Source: an uncultured Bacteriovoracaceae bacterium
GTDB lineage: Bacteria > Bdellovibrionota > Bacteriovoracia > Bacteriovoracales > Bacteriovoracaceae
NCBI GenBank assembly: GCA_964012805.1
Contig: CAXGUD010000005.1
Location: forward strand, 1-64,000
Direction: 5' to 3'
DNA length: 64,000 nt
Below the pieces are notes generated by a model. The model worked only from the letters and a program-made list of their open reading frames with translations, ran no database searches and had not been told where the DNA came from. Below are positions 40,262 through 48,778 of the stretch, in pieces; position 1 is the stretch's first letter; each line of letters starts with the position of its first letter. Made by a program: the position numbers and the translations under genes.

Positions 40262-40357
40262 ATAATAATTATTTCAAACTTCTAATTTTCCCTTTTATAT
40301 CTAAATCAATTATATTTGTTCATCTTTATCGAATAACAAAAATTAAAAACAAATTAA

Positions 40358-40386
40358 TTAACCAAAACCTTTGAAAAAGCCGATAA
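40358..40386 (+). promoter_or_regulatory. Candidate sigma-28 (FliA) promoter upstream of the hybrid kinase
   Basis: Perfect -10 GCCGATAA at 40379-40386; imperfect TAAC -35 16 nt upstream. Confidence 0.4.
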
Positions 40387-40435
40387 ATGTTAGTGTTTTT
40401 AAATATATTTTGATGCTAAATGTAGCAGGTATTCT

Positions 40436-43345
40436 TTGTATAAAATAATTTTGAAAAATAAATCTTTTTTTGATTCTTTTAATGATTTTGAAAAAATCGT
40501 TAATAAAAATGATCAAATAGATTATCATTTTTTTGAACCATCAATTGATCAACTCATCAACCTCGAATTAGAAAATGAGTTATTCACTCCTGAATTCAGT
40601 CCTCAACGTGTTCAGATATTTTTATTTTTCGATTTAGATTTTCCTATACATAAATGGAAAGAAAAAATTATAAACTTAAAAGAAAAAATTAGAAGAATAA
40701 ATGTCTGTTTTCTTTCAAAAGGAGACGATGAAAAGGAGTGGATGATCCAAAAAGAACCATTTTGTGATCTTTATATCCATAAAAATCTAAGCCATAATGA
40801 AATATCTTTTAAAATAAATGAATTCCTCAATACAGAAAAAGAAGAAAAGTTAAGATCAACCCTAAGCTATTTAGGAAAGGCTCATATAACTTTTAATAAA
40901 GAAGGAAAGATTTTAGATTACTCTCAACAATTCATACTAGATTTCTTTGATATAAACCCAAGGGGTAAAATGATCCAAGACCTACTTGGATATACAAAAG
41001 AGGCTAAAACCGTTTTTAATAATTGGCTAAAGTTTGTATGGAACAAAAAGATTCCGTATGATGATGCATTAGATTTAATCCCCAAATTTTATTATGGAAA
41101 GAAAAATCAAAAAATAAAACTAAATTTCGTTCCTATATATGATAAAGTTCATGAGATAGAAGCAGTCATGTGTATTGCAAGTGATGCTACAAAAGAAAAG
41201 AATTTGGAAATGATTGCATCAAAAGGCCAAGAATTCTCTAATATGACAGTAGAAATCTTTAATCGGCCTTCAGAGTTTATAGAATTAATTCAAGACTGCA
41301 GGCATAATTTTGATCTCAAAAGAAATTATGGTCATGTTGATATGCATTTTTTTTATGAAATCATAAAAAAAATAAGAAAAAAATTCGATGATTTCCAATG
41401 CCCTTCTTTAGCAATACCATTAGAAAAATTAGAGTATGCTTGTGAGTTTTACAAAGACGAAATTTTTGAATATGAAGAAATTCCTTTTGATTTAAAAAAA
41501 GAGATTGAGAATAGTGAAGTTTCACTTAATGATTTTTTAAAAAATTATGAAATCATAGAAAATCAGTTAAAAACGATGAATACGTTAGAAAAAAATAGTA
41601 TCGAATTAAGAGAACTTAATGAAAAATTAAAATCGTATTCAAAAGATCTTGAAAAGGAAGTCAATCAAAAAACAAAAGATTTAAGACATGCTCTTAATGA
41701 AATTTCAAAAAGGGTTAAAGATAAAGAGAAGCAAGTTCAGATACAGCAAGAATTTATGGCAGGTTTGGGACATGAATTTAGAACGCCAATGAATGCCATC
41801 ATTGGTTTTTTAAACTTAATAAAAGAAACGTTAAAAGAAAAAGAGGTTTCCATAGACAATGAAATCTTCAGTTTCTTTGACTCTATTGAAAAAGCCTCAA
41901 ATGGATTACTTAATCTAGTAAATAACATAATGGAATATTCTCAAGTCGATGGAGGAAAATTAAAATTAGAGTATAAAATTTTCAAAATAAATAATTTGAT
42001 GGAAGAGATAAAAGATTTTTTTACATATGAAATAAAAAGAAAGGGTTTAATTTTAATTTTAAAATTACCAAAAAATTTAAATAAATATTGTCTTTTTGAT
42101 AAAGAAAGACTCAGACAAATTTTAATAAATTTAGTTGGAAACGCTATTAAATTTACCAAAAAAGGTGAAATAGAAATTGAACTCCAGGAAAAGTTAAAAT
42201 CGAACAAAAAAAAGGGTTTATCAAATATAGTTTACCAAGACAAAGATTTTGGTTTCAGCTGTGAAAAAGAAATTAAAATTTCAATAAAAGATACTGGGAT
42301 AGGAATACCAAAAAATCAAATCGGTAGAATATTTTTACCCTTTGAACAAGTTGAAGGCCAGTCATTTGAAACATATGGTGGAACTGGACTAGGCTTATCA
42401 ATTACAAAAGGACTCGTAGAAGCCTTAAATGGTAAAATATCGGTGAAAAGAAATTTATCAAAAGGAAGTACATTTGAAATAGTTTTTAATAAAGTCGAAG
42501 AGTATGAACCAACTAACCAAGAAGATTTTACAGATGCATCAAGTAAAGACATTACAACAAGTGATATATTTATAAAAAGATCTAATATTGGTTTTTTAAT
42601 CGATTCCGAATGGGACCGAACGCTTTTAAAGAAGTACTTACAGGAATTTAATTTAAATTTAATTTTCTTTAATAATGAAAAAAATATAATTAAAAATATT
42701 AAAAAAAATAATATTAATCTACTTATCGCAGATTTTATATGTGGAGATAAAACCGCAGTTGATTTATCAAAGGAAATTTCCAGAGACACAATGACAAAAG
42801 AAGTGCCTTTTATTTGCCTATCAACAGGTGAAATGTTTTTAAAAGAAAAGATTAAAAAAAGCAATTATAAAAGAGGTAAGGATCAATTGAAAAGCTTTAG
42901 CTCCATTATCATAAAGCCCTTTTTAAAAAAGGAGCTCATTTATGAAATAATCAAATATATACCTTTTGAAATAAAGGATAACTTACACGAAAAGGATTAT
43001 GATATCTTCAACATAGGGGCCAGCCAGGAATCTAAAAAAATATTATTTAAAAAAAGTTTAAGAGAAGTTAATAACTTAAATGGATTAATAATTGATATTA
43101 AAAAAGAGGTTAACAAAGATTTGAGTAAAATGATGGAGGGTCTATCAACGGTACAGGAAATCGACGATTTCTGCGAGAGAATAAAAAAAATAGCAGACGT
43201 ATATAACTACTTAATTCTAGAAAAATGGGCTAGTGAATTGAAAATTTTAAACAATCAATTTGATATCCATGGGGTTTTAGAAAGAGTTCCTGAAATCAAC
43301 TTAATAGTTTCTATCCTAGAAGATGAAGAGAAAAAAGCTTCATAG
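40436..43345 (+). CDS. Cytoplasmic multi-domain hybrid histidine kinase (PAS-like, HisKA, HATPase, REC)
   Basis: GHEFRTPMNAIIG, NLVGNAIKFT, DTGIG, GGTGLGL, REC LLIAD...KPF. Confidence 0.9.
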   Translation: MYKIILKNKSFFDSFNDFEKIVNKNDQIDYHFFEPSIDQLINLELENELFTPEFSPQRVQIFLFFDLDFPIHKWKEKIINLKEKIRRINVCFLSKGDDEKEWMIQKEPFCDLYIHKNLSHNEISFKINEFLNTEKEEKLRSTLSYLGKAHITFNKEGKILDYSQQFILDFFDINPRGKMIQDLLGYTKEAKTVFNNWLKFVWNKKIPYDDALDLIPKFYYGKKNQKIKLNFVPIYDKVHEIEAVMCIASDATKEKNLEMIASKGQEFSNMTVEIFNRPSEFIELIQDCRHNFDLKRNYGHVDMHFFYEIIKKIRKKFDDFQCPSLAIPLEKLEYACEFYKDEIFEYEEIPFDLKKEIENSEVSLNDFLKNYEIIENQLKTMNTLEKNSIELRELNEKLKSYSKDLEKEVNQKTKDLRHALNEISKRVKDKEKQVQIQQEFMAGLGHEFRTPMNAIIGFLNLIKETLKEKEVSIDNEIFSFFDSIEKASNGLLNLVNNIMEYSQVDGGKLKLEYKIFKINNLMEEIKDFFTYEIKRKGLILILKLPKNLNKYCLFDKERLRQILINLVGNAIKFTKKGEIEIELQEKLKSNKKKGLSNIVYQDKDFGFSCEKEIKISIKDTGIGIPKNQIGRIFLPFEQVEGQSFETYGGTGLGLSITKGLVEALNGKISVKRNLSKGSTFEIVFNKVEEYEPTNQEDFTDASSKDITTSDIFIKRSNIGFLIDSEWDRTLLKKYLQEFNLNLIFFNNEKNIIKNIKKNNINLLIADFICGDKTAVDLSKEISRDTMTKEVPFICLSTGEMFLKEKIKKSNYKRGKDQLKSFSSIIIKPFLKKELIYEIIKYIPFEIKDNLHEKDYDIFNIGASQESKKILFKKSLREVNNLNGLIIDIKKEVNKDLSKMMEGLSTVQEIDDFCERIKKIADVYNYLILEKWASELKILNNQFDIHGVLERVPEINLIVSILEDEEKKAS

Positions 43346-43391
43346 GTTTTATTATATATGACCTTTTAATTAATTTTTATAAAGGCTTAGT

Positions 43392-44195
43392 ATGTACGAT
43401 TCAAAACCATTATCAAACAATCGTGTTTTTATATATCACCTGTTGAAAAGAATGCTAAGATTTAATTGCCCCATGTCTGGTACTTTTCATTTCGATGTAA
43501 CAGATCTATACAATAAAATCAATGATCTTAAAAAAGAAGGATATTCAATTGGTTTAGTATCCTGCTTAGTTAAAGCAACAAGCTTATCTATAGAAAAATT
43601 TCCACGCATGAACAATAGGATATTCCATACATTGCTAGGAAAAAAAGAAGTTAGTTATGACTCCATAAATTGCGGTTTAGCCGCGACTAGAATTGACCCT
43701 CTAGGAGAGGAAGTAATTATTCCTATAATACTAAGAGGATCTAACAAATTATCGATTCAAGAAATTCACAATCAAATTAAAGAAAACAAAACATTACCTG
43801 TCGAAAAGCTTGAATCATATGAGTGGCTTCAAAAATCGAGAAGGCTACCTCGTTTTTTGATTCCGTTTGTCCATTATCTTTTTAGATCGAACCCCAAATT
43901 TTCTGCTAAAAACTCAAGTACTTATGCAATCTCATCAATTATGGAAAAAGACTCATCTCTAGTGAGCTCTCATTCGCCTGCAAATCAAACGACCTTTTTC
44001 CCTATAAGTTTAAAGGATCAGGCAATGGTACACAATGGTGAAGTGAAACCTAGAAAAGTTTTGGCAGTAACATTTTGCGTAGATCACTTTTTAGTTGATG
44101 GAATGGATGTTCAAAGATGCGGTAATTATTTAAAAAACTTTTTGGAAAACCCAAAAAATCTACTCAAAGAGTTTAATTTAGAAAAAACAAGTTAA
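43392..44195 (+). CDS. Stand-alone 2-oxoacid dehydrogenase E2-type acyltransferase catalytic domain
   Basis: FPRMN, C-terminal DHFLVDG (HxxxDG); no lipoyl or E3-binding domain. Confidence 0.82.
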   Translation: MYDSKPLSNNRVFIYHLLKRMLRFNCPMSGTFHFDVTDLYNKINDLKKEGYSIGLVSCLVKATSLSIEKFPRMNNRIFHTLLGKKEVSYDSINCGLAATRIDPLGEEVIIPIILRGSNKLSIQEIHNQIKENKTLPVEKLESYEWLQKSRRLPRFLIPFVHYLFRSNPKFSAKNSSTYAISSIMEKDSSLVSSHSPANQTTFFPISLKDQAMVHNGEVKPRKVLAVTFCVDHFLVDGMDVQRCGNYLKNFLENPKNLLKEFNLEKTS

Positions 44196-44202
44196 GGTAT
44201 CT

Positions 44203-45558
44203 ATGAAAAATAATCATTACCCACCTGGGCCTAAGGGTCAATTTTTACTAGGATCAATAAAGGATTATAAAAAAGATGTTTTAAGTTTTTTTTTAAAAAT
44301 TACAGAAAAGTATGGCGACCTAGTTTCTTTTAATCTAGGTCCAAGAAAAGCTTTTTTAACCAAAGACCCTTATCTGGCAGAGCATATTTTAAAAACAAAA
44401 AGTAAAATTTATTCGAAAGATACCCCTGGTGTACAAAGGGTTAAAGAAGTTCTTCCTACGGGACTTCTGACTACATGGGATGAGGAATGGAGACGGCAAA
44501 GAAGAATTTCACAGCAAGCGTTCAGAAAAAACAAGATTGAATTTTTTGTAAGTCACTTTTTAAAATCAGCTGAATCAACAAAGTCTATTTTTGAAAATAA
44601 TTTGAAAAATAAAAATGAAATAAATATCACTTTTTCAATGATGAGGAATACTCTTCAATCAGCATTATCAACAATGTTTACAGATGGTGCGCAAGAGAAT
44701 TCAGAGGAAATCATTCGTGATTTTGGTATTTTAAATGAATTAACAAATTTAAAGATACCGCGTGCTTTTAATTTTCCTTTATGGTTTCCAACACCTGAAA
44801 ACATAAAATTAAACAAGGCGAACAAAAACCTTCATTTTATTCTAAATCAATTAATAAAAAAAAGACGAAACACAGAAAAAAATTACCCTGACCTCCTCAA
44901 CTTTTTAATGAATGCAATTGATGAAGATAGCGGAAAAGGATTTACCGACGAAGAATTAAGATATCAACTTTTAACAATTCTTATTGGTGGGGTAGATACC
45001 AGTGCAAATACACTTTCTTTTGCTTGGTTTCTAGCTGCATCTAATAGAGATATTCAAGAAAAGCTAAAGATTGAAGCACAAAAAGCTTTTAAAAAAGGTT
45101 TAAAAGATATCGAAATATTATCTCACTTGCCATATACCTCTATGTTCATCAATGAAGTTGTTAGACTCTACCCACCTGTTCCTATATTTGGGAGAACAGC
45201 ACTCAAAGAAGACTCCTGGGGTAAATATAAAATACCAAAAGGGATGCTAGTTATTACCAGTCCCTATGTTATTCATAGAAACCCAACATATTGGAACGAG
45301 CCAAATAAGTTTGATCCTGAAAGACACACAAAAGAAAAAATGAGGCAAATGCCTCCATTTTGCTTTTTCCCTTATGGTGGTGGTCCAAGAATTTGTATTG
45401 GTATGGGATACGCTAAGATACAGCTTCCTTTGACGATAGCAAGCTTAGTAAAGGACTTTGAATTTATAATAAATGATGGTGAGAAACTAGAATTAAAACC
45501 GTCAATTACGCTTAGTACAAAGAAACCAATCCTACTAAAAATAAGAAAAAGAAAATAA
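44203..45558 (+). CDS. Cytochrome P450
   Basis: PPGP, GGVDTS I-helix, EVVR, FDPER, PYGGGPRICIG heme motif. Confidence 0.96.
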   Translation: MKNNHYPPGPKGQFLLGSIKDYKKDVLSFFLKITEKYGDLVSFNLGPRKAFLTKDPYLAEHILKTKSKIYSKDTPGVQRVKEVLPTGLLTTWDEEWRRQRRISQQAFRKNKIEFFVSHFLKSAESTKSIFENNLKNKNEINITFSMMRNTLQSALSTMFTDGAQENSEEIIRDFGILNELTNLKIPRAFNFPLWFPTPENIKLNKANKNLHFILNQLIKKRRNTEKNYPDLLNFLMNAIDEDSGKGFTDEELRYQLLTILIGGVDTSANTLSFAWFLAASNRDIQEKLKIEAQKAFKKGLKDIEILSHLPYTSMFINEVVRLYPPVPIFGRTALKEDSWGKYKIPKGMLVITSPYVIHRNPTYWNEPNKFDPERHTKEKMRQMPPFCFFPYGGGPRICIGMGYAKIQLPLTIASLVKDFEFIINDGEKLELKPSITLSTKKPILLKIRKRK

Positions 45559-45567
45559 ATTCCTTTC

Positions 45568-46737
45568 CTAAATAGTCTTATGAAACACTTTATTTCCGTA
45601 TTTTTTTAGAAAATTGGATCTTAAAGTTAATCCAAAGTTTTTATGGCCTTCAAAAGTTTCGGCCTTACCTCCTCGCCTAAACCGAATTTTTTCCTTAGAA
45701 ATATCCTTTTTTAGAAGAAGTGTTCCTGCTGACCCTTCTAATGCTATGGGGTTTATACAGTAACCTAAAAATCGTCCTACCATTGATAAGATAGCTGTTT
45801 CTCCTACCTGGGCACCTAACTGGTATCCTATATTGTTTTTTTTTGCTAAATCCGCGATTTGCAAAGAATTATAAATACCTCCGTTTTTTGAAATCCTTAT
45901 ATTAAAAAGGTCGAAATATTTATTTTCGATAATTAAATTTGCGTCTTTTAAATTACATAATGATTCATCAGCCATTAAGGGAATTTCCCTTTGCTTGAAA
46001 TCAGAAACAATTTCATTATGTTTTTCTTTTTGAAAAGGCTGTTCTATCCATTTAACTTTATATTTTTTAAAAAAAGGAAGGTTATACTTAAATGATTTGT
46101 AATCATAAATACTATTACCATCAATTCTAATTTCAATATCGTTACCTAATATATTTCGTATCATATTTAATCTTTCATCATCATCCTTCCCATTGGTTTT
46201 TACTTTTACTTGGTTAAAGTTCGAAAATTTAACTAACAATAAGACTATTTTAAGATATTTAAGTGGAATAAAAGGTAGTATGCAACTATAACTAATCGAT
46301 TTATTAAATGGTAATATGTCTGACAAACATTTTTCTTTCTCTTGTAAAAAAAGGTCCAGAAGAGATAATTCAGAAGCGCATCTTATACTATGAAAAGTTT
46401 GTTTTTGATTTGGACTAAAATCAATGTTATTTAAATAAGCCTCATTAATTTGATTGAGAAAGCGTTCCTCTGATATAGATTCGACCTCATTTAAAATATC
46501 TTTTCTCTGAGTAATATGAGGAAAAACATTGTCTTTAAAAAAGTCTGTGGAAGACTCTAAAGTTTCGCCTGTTACATATACTCTGGGTAGACCTTCACCG
46601 ACACCAATTTTTCCATCATCAGTTTTCAATACCAGAAGAAAGGAGTCAGATGTTTTTCTTTTAGCTGCGCCATGACCAAAACTGAAATTGAAAGGAATTT
46701 CCATTTGATAAAGAGATATTTCATTTATTATAGACAT
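45568..46737 (-). CDS. Enolase superfamily enzyme (muconate-lactonizing / dipeptide epimerase subgroup)
   Basis: GEGLPRVYVTGET, KVK, RIDGN, EQP, ADES, NIRISKNGG. Confidence 0.9.
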   Translation of the reverse strand: MSIINEISLYQMEIPFNFSFGHGAAKRKTSDSFLLVLKTDDGKIGVGEGLPRVYVTGETLESSTDFFKDNVFPHITQRKDILNEVESISEERFLNQINEAYLNNIDFSPNQKQTFHSIRCASELSLLDLFLQEKEKCLSDILPFNKSISYSCILPFIPLKYLKIVLLLVKFSNFNQVKVKTNGKDDDERLNMIRNILGNDIEIRIDGNSIYDYKSFKYNLPFFKKYKVKWIEQPFQKEKHNEIVSDFKQREIPLMADESLCNLKDANLIIENKYFDLFNIRISKNGGIYNSLQIADLAKKNNIGYQLGAQVGETAILSMVGRFLGYCINPIALEGSAGTLLLKKDISKEKIRFRRGGKAETFEGHKNFGLTLRSNFLKKYGNKVFHKTI

Positions 46738-46772
46738 ATAATTATTATCGTAGAGTTAGATTAAAAAGAAAA

Positions 46773-47654
46773 ATGAAAAGGAGTGGAACTTTGAAAAGTT
46801 CAGACCTTATCCAAATTTTTTTACCATTTTCAGTATGCCTTATAATGTTTGGAATTGGGCTTTCTCTTGATTTTTCTAATTTTAAGAAGGTATTTGAAAG
46901 ACCAAAAGCATTTCTTATTGGACTAATACTACAAAATTTATTTCTCCCAATTTTAGCAACAACGATAGCTTTATCAGGTCTACCGGACTCAAATACTCTG
47001 GCTTTAGGACTTCTTGTTTTAGGATTATGTCCAGGAGGATCAACATCTAATATCTTCACGTACGTATTTAAGGGAGATGTTGCTCTTTCAATATCTCTTA
47101 CTTGTGCTTCAAGTATTTTGTCTCCAATCACTATTCCTTTCTTTTTTAATTTTTTATCAAAAAACTTTTTCAGCAGTGGACAAGATTATGCTTTGGATAT
47201 TACAAGAACATCTTTAATTTTAATCGGATTTACAATTATTCCAGTAATAATAGGTATTTTTGTTAAAAAAGGATTTCGAGATTTTTCAGAAAAGTTAGAA
47301 AAGGCGATGAGTAAAATATCTATTATTTTCCTATCAATTATAATCTTAGGAATTTTCAAACAGAATAGTGATAATATACTTGGATTTATAAAAGCATCAG
47401 GTCCTTCGATATTGACCTTAAACTTTTCGGCAATATTTATAAGTTATCTCATTTCAAAATCCATGAAGATGAAAAATGATAAAATCTTAACAATTGGTCT
47501 AGAGGTGGGAATTCAAAACGGTGCTTTAGCATTATTCATTACAAATAGCCTTTTACAAAGCTGGGAAATGAGCATTGTGCCGGGTTCATATGGTATACTG
47601 ATGTACTTATCAGGTACTGCTTACGGCTTATTTATAAGAAGAAGAGAAAAGTAA
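46773..47654 (+). CDS. Bile acid:sodium symporter (BASS/SBF) family transporter (start probably TTG 46791)
   Basis: MFGIGLSL, CPGGSTSN, GDVALS, EVGIQN. Confidence 0.92.
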   Translation: MKRSGTLKSSDLIQIFLPFSVCLIMFGIGLSLDFSNFKKVFERPKAFLIGLILQNLFLPILATTIALSGLPDSNTLALGLLVLGLCPGGSTSNIFTYVFKGDVALSISLTCASSILSPITIPFFFNFLSKNFFSSGQDYALDITRTSLILIGFTIIPVIIGIFVKKGFRDFSEKLEKAMSKISIIFLSIIILGIFKQNSDNILGFIKASGPSILTLNFSAIFISYLISKSMKMKNDKILTIGLEVGIQNGALALFITNSLLQSWEMSIVPGSYGILMYLSGTAYGLFIRRREK

Positions 47655-47655
47655 T

Positions 47656-48774
47656 ATGGAAACAATATATAAAAAAGTAATTATTATAGGTGCCGGTCCA
47701 GCTGGATTGGCAACAAGTAAAGTATTAAATGATTATAAAATTGATCATTTAATTCTGGAAAAAGGTGAGGAAATTGCAACTAGCTGGAGGATATTTTATG
47801 ATAGCCTCACTTTGCATACAGGTAAGCACCTTTCACACTTAACTGGAATGAAATTTAAAAAGGAAGTAGATCTCTTTCCACCTAAAAATCAATTTATTGA
47901 CTATATGGAGGATTATAAAAATCATTTTAAGCTTCCTATACAGACATCATCCGAGGTCAAAAAAATTAAAAGAATTGAAGAAGATAACAAATGGAGGCTA
48001 ATTTTAGATAGTAAAATATTTGAATGTGACTGTTTAGTTTTAGGAGTAGGTCTTGCGAGTTTCCCTTTTATTCCTATCATTAAAGGACTAGAAGAATTTA
48101 AAGGTGAAGTAATTCACAGTATAAAATATAAAAATCCTCATTTGTATAAAAATAAAAATGTTTTAATAGTTGGAGCTGGAAATTCAGCCGCTGAAATTTC
48201 ATATGAGCTTTCAGAAGAAGGTATCGATACTACCATATATATTAAAAATGGCGCCAACATAGCTCCCTTATCGGTTCTTGGCCTTCCAATACAATATATA
48301 GGTTATATTATGTCGATTTTTCCAAAAAAATTTCAACTAGCCCTAATCAAAGCAGGAAACTTTTTTATTGACTTTTTAAGTGGTGGTCCTTTTATACCAA
48401 GACCTAGCTATAGTCCTTTGGATCGACCTCCAATTATAGGGAAAAAGTTTTTAAAATCTCTAAAAAAGGGCTCTATTAAATACCAAAGAAAAATAAATGC
48501 CTATAAAGAAAATGGCGTTATACTAGAAAATCAAAAATTTAAAAAAATAGATACAATAATACTCGCCACTGGTTTTAAAGTTAATTTTGATATTTTTGAA
48601 GTAAAAATAGAGACCGATGAGAAAGGTTTTGCTAAAAGGAAGGACAGAGTTGAAGATTTTATTTTTTCTAATCTATTCTATGTAGGTCAAAATTATGACT
48701 CAACTGGAGGACTTGTTAATATTAGAAAAGACTCCCAAATAATTGGTGAAAAAATTAAAAATTTCTTTAAATAA
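47656..48774 (+). CDS. Class B flavin-containing monooxygenase (FMO/YUCCA-like)
   Basis: GAGPAG, YDSLTLH, FKGEVIHSIKYK fingerprint, GAGNSA, ATGF. Confidence 0.92.
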   Translation: METIYKKVIIIGAGPAGLATSKVLNDYKIDHLILEKGEEIATSWRIFYDSLTLHTGKHLSHLTGMKFKKEVDLFPPKNQFIDYMEDYKNHFKLPIQTSSEVKKIKRIEEDNKWRLILDSKIFECDCLVLGVGLASFPFIPIIKGLEEFKGEVIHSIKYKNPHLYKNKNVLIVGAGNSAAEISYELSEEGIDTTIYIKNGANIAPLSVLGLPIQYIGYIMSIFPKKFQLALIKAGNFFIDFLSGGPFIPRPSYSPLDRPPIIGKKFLKSLKKGSIKYQRKINAYKENGVILENQKFKKIDTIILATGFKVNFDIFEVKIETDEKGFAKRKDRVEDFIFSNLFYVGQNYDSTGGLVNIRKDSQIIGEKIKNFFK

Positions 48775-48778
48775 GCAT

